Positions 55,652 to 64,000 of a stretch of DNA of 64,000 bases are shown piece by piece. The translations under genes were made by a program, and so were the position numbers. A model generated the notes under the pieces. It was not told the origin of the DNA, did no database searches, and saw nothing but the letters and a program-made list of their open reading frames with translations. The stretch's first letter is position 1; each line of letters opens with the position of its first letter. This DNA is from Escherichia coli (GTDB lineage Bacteria; Pseudomonadota; Gammaproteobacteria; Enterobacterales; Enterobacteriaceae): NCBI RefSeq assembly GCF_044647545.1, contig NZ_CP172818.1, one strand, 5' to 3'.

Positions 55652-58600
55652 GTGAAAGATTTATTAAAGTTTCTGAAAGCGCAGACTAAAACCGAAGAGT
55701 TTGATGCGATCAAAATTGCTCTGGCTTCGCCAGACATGATCCGTTCATGGTCTTTCGGTGAAGTTAAAAAGCCGGAAACCATCAACTACCGTACGTTCAA
55801 ACCAGAACGTGACGGCCTTTTCTGCGCCCGTATCTTTGGGCCGGTAAAAGATTACGAGTGCCTGTGCGGTAAGTACAAGCGCCTGAAACACCGTGGCGTC
55901 ATCTGTGAGAAGTGCGGCGTTGAAGTGACCCAGACTAAAGTACGCCGTGAGCGTATGGGCCACATCGAACTGGCTTCCCCGACTGCGCACATCTGGTTCC
56001 TGAAATCGCTGCCGTCCCGTATCGGCCTGCTGCTCGATATGCCGCTGCGCGATATCGAACGCGTACTGTACTTCGAATCCTATGTGGTTATCGAAGGCGG
56101 TATGACCAACCTGGAACGTCAGCAGATCCTGACTGAAGAGCAGTATCTGGACGCGCTGGAAGAGTTCGGTGACGAATTCGACGCGAAGATGGGTGCGGAA
56201 GCAATCCAGGCTCTACTGAAGAGCATGGATCTGGAGCAAGAGTGCGAACAGCTGCGTGAAGAGCTGAACGAAACCAACTCCGAAACCAAGCGTAAAAAGC
56301 TGACCAAGCGTATCAAACTGCTGGAAGCGTTCGTTCAGTCTGGTAACAAACCAGAGTGGATGATCCTGACCGTTCTGCCGGTACTGCCGCCAGATCTGCG
56401 TCCGCTGGTTCCGCTGGATGGTGGTCGTTTCGCGACTTCTGACCTGAACGATCTGTATCGTCGCGTCATTAACCGTAACAACCGTCTGAAACGTCTGCTG
56501 GATCTGGCTGCGCCGGACATCATCGTACGTAACGAAAAACGTATGCTGCAGGAAGCGGTAGACGCCCTGCTGGATAACGGTCGTCGCGGTCGTGCAATCA
56601 CCGGTTCTAACAAGCGTCCTCTGAAATCTTTGGCCGACATGATCAAAGGTAAACAGGGTCGTTTCCGTCAGAACCTGCTCGGTAAGCGTGTTGACTACTC
56701 CGGTCGTTCTGTAATCACCGTAGGTCCATACCTGCGTCTGCATCAGTGCGGTCTGCCGAAGAAAATGGCGCTGGAGCTGTTCAAACCGTTCATCTACGGC
56801 AAGCTGGAACTGCGTGGTCTTGCTACCACCATCAAAGCTGCGAAGAAAATGGTTGAGCGCGAAGAAGCTGTCGTTTGGGATATCCTGGACGAAGTTATCC
56901 GCGAACACCCGGTACTGCTGAACCGTGCACCGACTCTGCACCGTCTGGGTATCCAGGCATTTGAACCGGTACTGATCGAAGGTAAAGCTATCCAGCTGCA
57001 CCCGCTGGTTTGTGCGGCATATAACGCCGACTTCGATGGTGACCAGATGGCTGTTCACGTACCGCTGACGCTGGAAGCCCAGCTCGAAGCGCGTGCGCTG
57101 ATGATGTCTACCAACAACATCCTGTCCCCGGCGAACGGCGAACCAATCATCGTTCCGTCTCAGGACGTTGTACTGGGTCTGTACTACATGACCCGCGACT
57201 GTGTTAACGCCAAAGGCGAAGGCATGGTGCTGACTGGCCCGAAAGAAGCAGAACGTCTGTATCGCTCTGGTCTGGCTTCTCTGCATGCGCGCGTTAAAGT
57301 GCGTATCACCGAGTATGAAAAAGATGCTAACGGTGAATTAGTGGCGAAAACCAGCCTGAAAGACACGACTGTTGGCCGTGCCATTCTGTGGATGATTGTA
57401 CCGAAAGGTCTGCCTTACACCATCGTCAACCAGGCGCTGGGTAAAAAAGCAATCTCCAAAATGCTGAACACCTGCTACCGCATTCTCGGTCTGAAACCGA
57501 CCGTTATTTTTGCGGACCAGATCATGTATACCGGCTTTGCATATGCAGCGCGTTCTGGTGCATCTGTTGGTATCGATGACATGGTCATCCCGGAGAAGAA
57601 ACACGAAATCATCTCCGAGGCAGAAGCAGAAGTTGCTGAAATTCAGGAGCAGTTCCAGTCTGGTCTGGTAACTGCGGGCGAACGCTACAACAAAGTTATC
57701 GATATCTGGGCTGCGGCGAACGATCGTGTATCCAAAGCGATGATGGATAACCTGCAAACTGAAACCGTTATTAACCGTGACGGTCAGGAAGAGAAGCAGG
57801 TTTCCTTCAACAGCATCTACATGATGGCCGACTCCGGTGCGCGTGGTTCTGCGGCACAGATTCGTCAGCTTGCTGGTATGCGTGGTCTGATGGCGAAGCC
57901 GGATGGCTCCATCATCGAAACGCCAATCACCGCGAACTTCCGTGAAGGTCTGAACGTACTCCAGTACTTCATCTCCACCCACGGTGCTCGTAAAGGTCTG
58001 GCGGATACCGCACTGAAAACTGCGAACTCCGGTTACCTGACTCGTCGTCTGGTTGACGTGGCGCAGGACCTGGTGGTTACCGAAGACGATTGTGGTACCC
58101 ATGAAGGTATCATGATGACTCCGGTTATCGAAGGTGGTGACGTTAAAGAGCCGCTGCGCGATCGCGTACTGGGTCGTGTAACTGCTGAAGACGTTCTGAA
58201 GCCGGGTACTGCTGATATCCTCGTTCCGCGCAACACGCTGCTGCACGAACAGTGGTGTGACCTGCTGGAAGAGAACTCTGTCGACGCGGTTAAAGTACGT
58301 TCTGTTGTATCTTGTGACACCGACTTTGGTGTATGTGCGCACTGCTACGGTCGTGACCTGGCGCGTGGCCACCTCATCAACAAAGGTGAAGCAATCGGTG
58401 TTATCGCGGCACAGTCCATCGGTGAACCGGGTACACAGCTGACCATGCGTACGTTCCACATCGGTGGTGCGGCATCTCGTGCGGCTGCTGAATCCAGCAT
58501 CCAGGTGAAAAACAAAGGTAGCATCAAGCTCAGCAACGTGAAGTCGGTTGTGAACTCCAGCGGTAAACTGGTTATCACTTCCCGTAACACCGAACTGAAA

Positions 58601-59875
58601 CTGATCGACGAATTCGGTCGTACCAAAGAAAGCTACAAAGTACCTTACGGTGCGGTACTGGCGAAAGGCGATGGCGAACAGGTTGCTGGCGGCGAAACCG
58701 TTGCAAACTGGGACCCGCACACCATGCCGGTTATCACCGAAGTAAGCGGTTTTGTACGCTTTACTGACATGATCGACGGCCAGACCATTACTCGTCAGAC
58801 CGACGAATTGACCGGTCTGTCTTCGCTGGTGGTTCTGGATTCCGCAGAACGTACCGCAGGTGGTAAAGATCTGCGTCCGGCACTGAAAATCGTTGATGCT
58901 CAGGGTAACGACGTTCTGATCCCGGGTACCGATATGCCTGCGCAGTACTTCCTGCCGGGTAAAGCGATTGTTCAGCTGGAAGATGGCGTACAGATCAGCT
59001 CTGGTGACACCCTGGCGCGTATTCCGCAGGAATCCGGCGGTACCAAGGACATCACCGGTGGTCTGCCGCGCGTTGCGGACCTGTTCGAAGCACGTCGTCC
59101 GAAAGAGCCGGCAATCCTGGCTGAAATCAGCGGTATCGTTTCCTTCGGTAAAGAAACCAAAGGTAAACGTCGTCTGGTTATCACCCCGGTAGACGGTAGC
59201 GATCCGTACGAAGAGATGATTCCGAAATGGCGTCAGCTCAACGTGTTCGAAGGTGAACGTGTAGAACGTGGTGACGTAATTTCCGACGGTCCGGAAGCGC
59301 CGCACGACATTCTGCGTCTGCGTGGTGTTCATGCTGTTACTCGTTACATCGTTAACGAAGTACAGGACGTATACCGTCTGCAGGGCGTTAAGATTAACGA
59401 TAAACACATCGAAGTTATCGTTCGTCAGATGCTGCGTAAAGCTACCATCGTTAATGCGGGCAGCTCCGACTTCCTGGAAGGCGAACAGGTTGAATACTCT
59501 CGCGTCAAGATCGCAAACCGCGAACTGGAAGCGAACGGCAAAGTGGGTGCAACTTACTCCCGCGATCTGCTGGGTATCACCAAAGCGTCTCTGGCAACCG
59601 AGTCCTTCATCTCCGCGGCATCGTTCCAGGAGACCACTCGCGTGCTGACCGAAGCAGCCGTTGCGGGCAAACGCGACGAATTGCGCGGCCTGAAAGAGAA
59701 CGTTATCGTGGGTCGTCTGATCCCGGCAGGTACCGGTTACGCGTACCACCAGGATCGTATGCGTCGCCGTGCTGCGGGTGAAGCTCCGGCTGCACCGCAG
59801 GTGACTGCAGAAGACGCATCTGCCAGCCTGGCAGAACTGCTGAACGCAGGTCTGGGCGGTTCTGATAACGAGTAA
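55652..59875 (+). CDS. rpoC: DNA-directed RNA polymerase beta-prime subunit
   Basis: 1407-aa ORF starting at GTG ([33 protein letters not shown]...); NADFDGD catalytic motif present. Confidence 0.98.
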   Translation: MKDLLKFLKAQTKTEEFDAIKIALASPDMIRSWSFGEVKKPETINYRTFKPERDGLFCARIFGPVKDYECLCGKYKRLKHRGVICEKCGVEVTQTKVRRERMGHIELASPTAHIWFLKSLPSRIGLLLDMPLRDIERVLYFESYVVIEGGMTNLERQQILTEEQYLDALEEFGDEFDAKMGAEAIQALLKSMDLEQECEQLREELNETNSETKRKKLTKRIKLLEAFVQSGNKPEWMILTVLPVLPPDLRPLVPLDGGRFATSDLNDLYRRVINRNNRLKRLLDLAAPDIIVRNEKRMLQEAVDALLDNGRRGRAITGSNKRPLKSLADMIKGKQGRFRQNLLGKRVDYSGRSVITVGPYLRLHQCGLPKKMALELFKPFIYGKLELRGLATTIKAAKKMVEREEAVVWDILDEVIREHPVLLNRAPTLHRLGIQAFEPVLIEGKAIQLHPLVCAAYNADFDGDQMAVHVPLTLEAQLEARALMMSTNNILSPANGEPIIVPSQDVVLGLYYMTRDCVNAKGEGMVLTGPKEAERLYRSGLASLHARVKVRITEYEKDANGELVAKTSLKDTTVGRAILWMIVPKGLPYTIVNQALGKKAISKMLNTCYRILGLKPTVIFADQIMYTGFAYAARSGASVGIDDMVIPEKKHEIISEAEAEVAEIQEQFQSGLVTAGERYNKVIDIWAAANDRVSKAMMDNLQTETVINRDGQEEKQVSFNSIYMMADSGARGSAAQIRQLAGMRGLMAKPDGSIIETPITANFREGLNVLQYFISTHGARKGLADTALKTANSGYLTRRLVDVAQDLVVTEDDCGTHEGIMMTPVIEGGDVKEPLRDRVLGRVTAEDVLKPGTADILVPRNTLLHEQWCDLLEENSVDAVKVRSVVSCDTDFGVCAHCYGRDLARGHLINKGEAIGVIAAQSIGEPGTQLTMRTFHIGGAASRAAAESSIQVKNKGSIKLSNVKSVVNSSGKLVITSRNTELKLIDEFGRTKESYKVPYGAVLAKGDGEQVAGGETVANWDPHTMPVITEVSGFVRFTDMIDGQTITRQTDELTGLSSLVVLDSAERTAGGKDLRPALKIVDAQGNDVLIPGTDMPAQYFLPGKAIVQLEDGVQISSGDTLARIPQESGGTKDITGGLPRVADLFEARRPKEPAILAEISGIVSFGKETKGKRRLVITPVDGSDPYEEMIPKWRQLNVFEGERVERGDVISDGPEAPHDILRLRGVHAVTRYIVNEVQDVYRLQGVKINDKHIEVIVRQMLRKATIVNAGSSDFLEGEQVEYSRVKIANRELEANGKVGATYSRDLLGITKASLATESFISAASFQETTRVLTEAAVAGKRDELRGLKENVIVGRLIPAGTGYAYHQDRMRRRAAGEAPAAPQVTAEDASASLAELLNAGLGGSDNE

Positions 59876-59896
59876 TCGTTAATCCGCAAATAACGT

Positions 59897-59922
59897 AAAA
59901 ACCCGCTTCGGCGGTTTTTTTA
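59897..59922 (+). terminator. Intrinsic terminator downstream of rpoC
   Basis: aaaaacccgcttcggcggttttttt: short GC stem with ttcg loop and U-run. Confidence 0.75.
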
Positions 59923-60108
59923 AACAAATCCAGACTTTGCTTCACGGGAAATATTAAGAAAGGCAGGGCGAAACGAGGAAGAAGCTTTTCGCCCTGGACA
60001 ACATTCCTGCTGACGGCACTACCATAAAAAAACACAACGCTTTCAACAACCTTGCGTTTTTCATCTTCCGTAGCGGCTCGGAATAAATTTACGTTGTTAC
60101 ATTCTGTT

Positions 60109-61242
60109 TCATGGCCTTTGCGAGGCGCGTCCCAGATAGCTGTCCCAGTCTTTCCATACCGGCTGCAAACCCTGAGCAGTTAACGCGGCAGCAACCGCTT
60201 CCGGTCTGCGATCGTCGTGCGGTGAGAACTGTTCCAGCTCGGGGTGATTGTCGGCATAGCCACCTGGCTGCGTTTTCGAAAAAGCGCTGACGTTATTAAT
60301 TGCCAGCGGAATCACGCGATCGCGAAACCACGGTGATTCCCGCGTGGAGAGTGACAGTTCAATCTCCGGTGCAAGCAGTCGGAAGGCGCAGATGGTTTGC
60401 ACTAACTGGCGTTCATCCATAATCGACGCAGGCTCAATGCCGCCAGTACATGGACGCAGGCGTGGGAAGGAGACAGAGTAGCGGCTTTGCCAGTAATGCT
60501 GTTGCAGCCATAGCAAATGTTCTGCAACCATATAGCAGTCAACGCGCCAGCTGTCGGAAAGGCCAATTAGCGCGCCGAGGCCTATCTTATCAATCCCCGC
60601 ACGGCCCAGCCGATCCGGCGTTTCCAGCCGCCAGAAGAAGTCCTGTTTTTTGCCTTTCAGATGATGGCGGGCATAAGTCGCCTCGTGATATGTCTCCTGA
60701 TAAACCATCACGCCATCGAGACCCAGCTGTTTTAGCTCGGCATATTCCGCCTCCGCCAGCGGTTGCACTTCCATCTGTAGTGAAGAGAACTGTTCACGCA
60801 GGGCAGGGAGATGACGACGAAAGTAATCCATCCCCACTTTCGCCTGATGTTCACCAGTGACTAAAAGCAGATGTTCAAAGCCCATCTCCCGTATAGCGGC
60901 GCTTTCCCTGGCAATATCCGCTTCATCCAGTGTTTTGCGCTTGATGCGATTGCTCATGGAAAATCCGCAGTACGTGCAGTCGTTAGCGCAAAGATTGGAA
61001 AGATAAAGCGGGACGTAGAAACTAACTGTGTTGCCAAATCGCTGACGGGTCAGACGCTGCGCTCGCTGGGCCAGTGGTTCCAGATAGCCACTGGCGGCGG
61101 GTGATAGCAATGCCATCATGTCGTCGCGGGTGAGTTGCGAGGCATTTAGCGCCCGCTCTACGTCAGCAGCCGTTTTGCCGTTGATACGCAGGCGGATGTC
61201 GTCCCAGTCCAGTTGTCGCCAGCGATCGCTGAAGGTTTTCAT
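60109..61242 (-). CDS. thiH: 2-iminoacetate synthase (thiazole biosynthesis, radical SAM)
   Basis: 377-aa [35 protein letters not shown]...; CANDCTYC radical-SAM motif. Confidence 0.95.
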   Translation of the reverse strand: MKTFSDRWRQLDWDDIRLRINGKTAADVERALNASQLTRDDMMALLSPAASGYLEPLAQRAQRLTRQRFGNTVSFYVPLYLSNLCANDCTYCGFSMSNRIKRKTLDEADIARESAAIREMGFEHLLLVTGEHQAKVGMDYFRRHLPALREQFSSLQMEVQPLAEAEYAELKQLGLDGVMVYQETYHEATYARHHLKGKKQDFFWRLETPDRLGRAGIDKIGLGALIGLSDSWRVDCYMVAEHLLWLQQHYWQSRYSVSFPRLRPCTGGIEPASIMDERQLVQTICAFRLLAPEIELSLSTRESPWFRDRVIPLAINNVSAFSKTQPGGYADNHPELEQFSPHDDRRPEAVAAALTAQGLQPVWKDWDSYLGRASQRP

Positions 61243-62009
61243 GCAGATGCCTCCAGAAATCCAGTCAGCGGGCTGGTGGCATGAGCAAAATGACTGCGGC
61301 TGCCCGGTCCGGACTGACGTGCCAGCAGGCCTGCTTCTACCGCCAGACGAAATGCCTTCGCCATGTTGACGGGATCGTCCGCGACGGCAATCGCCGTATT
61401 CACTAACACCGCGTCGGCCCCCATTTCCAGCGCCTGCGCGGCATGGCTGGGAACGCCGATGCCAGCATCGACAACCACCGGAACCGTGGCCTGCTGGATA
61501 ATAATCTCCAGCATGGCGCGGGTTTCCAGTCCCTGATTCGAGCCAATCGGCGCGCCGAGCGGCATCACCGCTGCACAGCCGACTTCTTCCAGACGTTTAC
61601 ACAATACCGGATCGGCCCCGCAGTAAGGCAGCACGACAAATCCCTGTTGTACCAGCGTTTCGGCGGCTTTCAGGGTTTCGATGGGATCGGGCAACAGCCA
61701 GCGGGCGTCAGGGTGAATCTCCAATTTTAGCCAGTTTGCGCCTAACGCTTCACGTGCCAGATGGGCAGCAAAGATCGCTTCTTCCGCAGTTTTCGCTCCG
61801 GAAGTATTCGGCAGCAGTGTTACACCCGCCGCGATAAGTGGTTCGAGGATAGCGTCGTTGTGCTGGCGCAAGTCGACACGTTTCATCGCCAGCGTCACCA
61901 GTTGGCTGCCGGAAGCGCGAATAGACTCCACCATCAGTTGTGAAGAGGCGAATTTTCCGGTGCCAGTAAACAGATGTGAATCAAACGTTTTGTCCGCAAT
62001 ATGTAACAT
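61239..62009 (-). CDS. thiG: Thiazole synthase
   Basis: 256 aa from internal Met ([20 protein letters not shown]...). Confidence 0.93.
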   Translation of the reverse strand: MLHIADKTFDSHLFTGTGKFASSQLMVESIRASGSQLVTLAMKRVDLRQHNDAILEPLIAAGVTLLPNTSGAKTAEEAIFAAHLAREALGANWLKLEIHPDARWLLPDPIETLKAAETLVQQGFVVLPYCGADPVLCKRLEEVGCAAVMPLGAPIGSNQGLETRAMLEIIIQQATVPVVVDAGIGVPSHAAQALEMGADAVLVNTAIAVADDPVNMAKAFRLAVEAGLLARQSGPGSRSHFAHATSPLTGFLEASA

Positions 62010-62010
62010 C

Positions 62011-62211
62011 TCAACCCCCTGCAATAACCTGAAAAAGCAGGATCTGGTCGCCATCCTGCACGATATGTTGCGCCCACTGCTCACGCGGGACGATTTGCTG
62101 ATTAATCGCCAGAGCCGCGCCCGCTTGTCGTTGGTCGAGTTGCTCCAGCAGTTCGTGAACCGTTTGCCCGGCGGCGCACTGCATCGGTTGATCGTTAAAC
62201 AGGATCTGCAT
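62011..62211 (-). CDS. thiS: Sulfur carrier protein ThiS
   Basis: 66 aa from internal Met ([25 protein letters not shown]...) ending in GG. Confidence 0.9.
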   Translation of the reverse strand: MQILFNDQPMQCAAGQTVHELLEQLDQRQAGAALAINQQIVPREQWAQHIVQDGDQILLFQVIAGG

Positions 62212-62950
62212 TGCTTCCTCCGCATACCGGGCAACCACTGGCGCGGCGCAAAGCCAGGCTGCGCCACTGGCTCGACTTACCGTCGAACAGTCGGAGTTCT
62301 CCCGCAGGCGTCTCTATACCGCTTAATAACTTAATGGCTTCCAGGGCCTGCAAAGTGCCCATAACCCCGACCACCGGGCCAACCACGCCCGCCGTGCGGC
62401 AGTTGCGTTCAGGCTCCTGGTTATCTGGCCACAGGCAGCGGTAACACCCCTGCTCCCAGGGCGGCGTCAGTACCATCAACTGACCGCCAAATCCGACCGC
62501 GCTGGCGGTGATAAGCGGTGTGTTGAGTGCCACGCAGGCGGCATTAATCTCCTGGCGAGTCGCCATATTGTCGGTACAGTCGAGCACCACATCGGCTTGT
62601 GCAACCGCATCTTTTAACGTCTCACCCGTTAATCGTTGTTGTAATGCCATCAGTTGAATGTCGGGATTCAACTGTGTCAGTCGCTGATGGCTGACCTGTG
62701 ATTTCGGGCGATCGATATCTTCAGTGGTAAAGAGGATTTGTCGTTGCAGATTGCTTAAATGCACATCGTCGTCATCTGCCAGTACCAGCGTCCCGACGCC
62801 AGCCCCCGCCAGGTATAGCGCAGCAGGTGTACCCAGCCCGCCAAGACCAATAATCAGCACCTGGCTGTCGAGCAGTTTTTGCTGCCCGTCCAGAGCGATA
62901 TCGTCGAGCAGGATTTGGCGGCTATAACGCATAAAGTCACGGTCATTCAT
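62195..62950 (-). CDS. thiF: ThiS adenylyltransferase
   Basis: 251 aa from internal Met ([27 protein letters not shown]...); E1-like fold with C-terminal CPVCG. Confidence 0.93.
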   Translation of the reverse strand: MNDRDFMRYSRQILLDDIALDGQQKLLDSQVLIIGLGGLGTPAALYLAGAGVGTLVLADDDDVHLSNLQRQILFTTEDIDRPKSQVSHQRLTQLNPDIQLMALQQRLTGETLKDAVAQADVVLDCTDNMATRQEINAACVALNTPLITASAVGFGGQLMVLTPPWEQGCYRCLWPDNQEPERNCRTAGVVGPVVGVMGTLQALEAIKLLSGIETPAGELRLFDGKSSQWRSLALRRASGCPVCGGSNADPV

Positions 62951-63577
62951 CGCCAGCTCCTGCAATTTCCAGCAACTGTGCCGTTGCCAAACGCCAGTCT
63001 GCGGCTTGAGTAATGGCGCTGACGACGGCGATACTGCCGACACCCGTTGCTATCACCTCAGGCGCGCGCGCCAGACTGATACCGCCAATCGCCACGGTGG
63101 GATAATCCACCAGGCGCTCAACATGCCGTGCCAGCTGTTCCAGCCCCTGCGGTGCGGAAGGCATCTGTTTGGTTTGTGTCGGAAACACATGTCCCAGCGC
63201 GATATAAGAAGGATGTGCCGCCAGCGCGACGTCGATTTCCATATCATCATGTGTCGAAACGCCCAGTCGCAGACCTGCCGCGCGGATGGCGCTGAGATCG
63301 GTGGCTTGCAAATCTTCCTGCCCCAAATGGACGCCGTATGCTTGATGCTTGATCGCCAGCCGCCAGTAATCATTAATAAACAATCGCGCGTTATAGCGGC
63401 GGCCCAGCGCAATTGCCGCCACCACATCGGCTTCTACCTCTTCATCGCGCCGATCTTTGATGCGTAGCTGGAGAGTACGTACGCCTGCATCCAACAGACG
63501 TTCGATCCACTGTACGCTGTCAACCACCGGGTACAGCCCTAAACGAAAGGGTACAGGAGGAAACTCAGGCTGATACA

Positions 63578-63578
<1 letters not shown>
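62943..63578 (-). CDS. thiE: Thiamine-phosphate synthase
   Basis: 211 aa ([29 protein letters not shown]...). Confidence 0.93.

Positions 63579-64000
<422 letters not shown>

Noticed and set aside
52597-55785. 1062-aa ORF antisense to rpoB, plus 803-aa and 357-aa ORFs antisense to rpoC and long antisense ORFs over tufB and rplK/rplA
   Set aside because: Classic shadow ORFs: highly expressed genes with strong codon bias are depleted of the reverse complements of stop codons in the opposite frame. The products are low-complexity and the sense-strand genes are unambiguous.

Overview
This window is conserved Escherichia coli-type core chromosome (the K-12 ~89-90 min region), with gene order and protein lengths matching what I recall for K-12: metL(3' end)-metF-katG-yijE-yijF-gldA-fsaB-ptsA-frwCB-pflDC-frwD-yijO-eptC-ppc-argE/argCBH-oxyS/oxyR-sthA-fabR-yijD-trmA-btuB-murI-rrn operon (16S, tRNA-Glu, 23S, 5S)-murB-birA-coaA-thrU-tyrU-glyT-thrT-tufB-secE-nusG-rplKAJL-rpoBC-thiHGSFE-thiC(3' end). 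Every long ORF is accounted for by a well-known housekeeping gene; I find no unassigned protein-coding cluster, CRISPR array, transposase, integrase or prophage gene. What does not fit is two blocks of compositionally aberrant, ORF-free DNA in intergenic spacers. Block A (~178-950, between metL and the metF promoter) holds a 43-nt poly(A) run and a ~540-bp tract almost devoid of T. Block B (~26590-28955, between argH and oxyS) is ~2.3 kb of A-rich, G-poor sequence with no credible gene. Both are absent from the K-12 arrangement as I remember it. I cannot assign either to any known element class, and a non-biological origin (engineered insert, assembly or sequence-generation artefact) is at least as likely as a novel noncoding element. 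Smaller differences from K-12 (from memory, unverified) are a short rpoC-thiH spacer lacking yjaZ and a single terminator after the 5S rRNA. Start codons below are corrected from the ORF track where the known protein starts at an internal Met.
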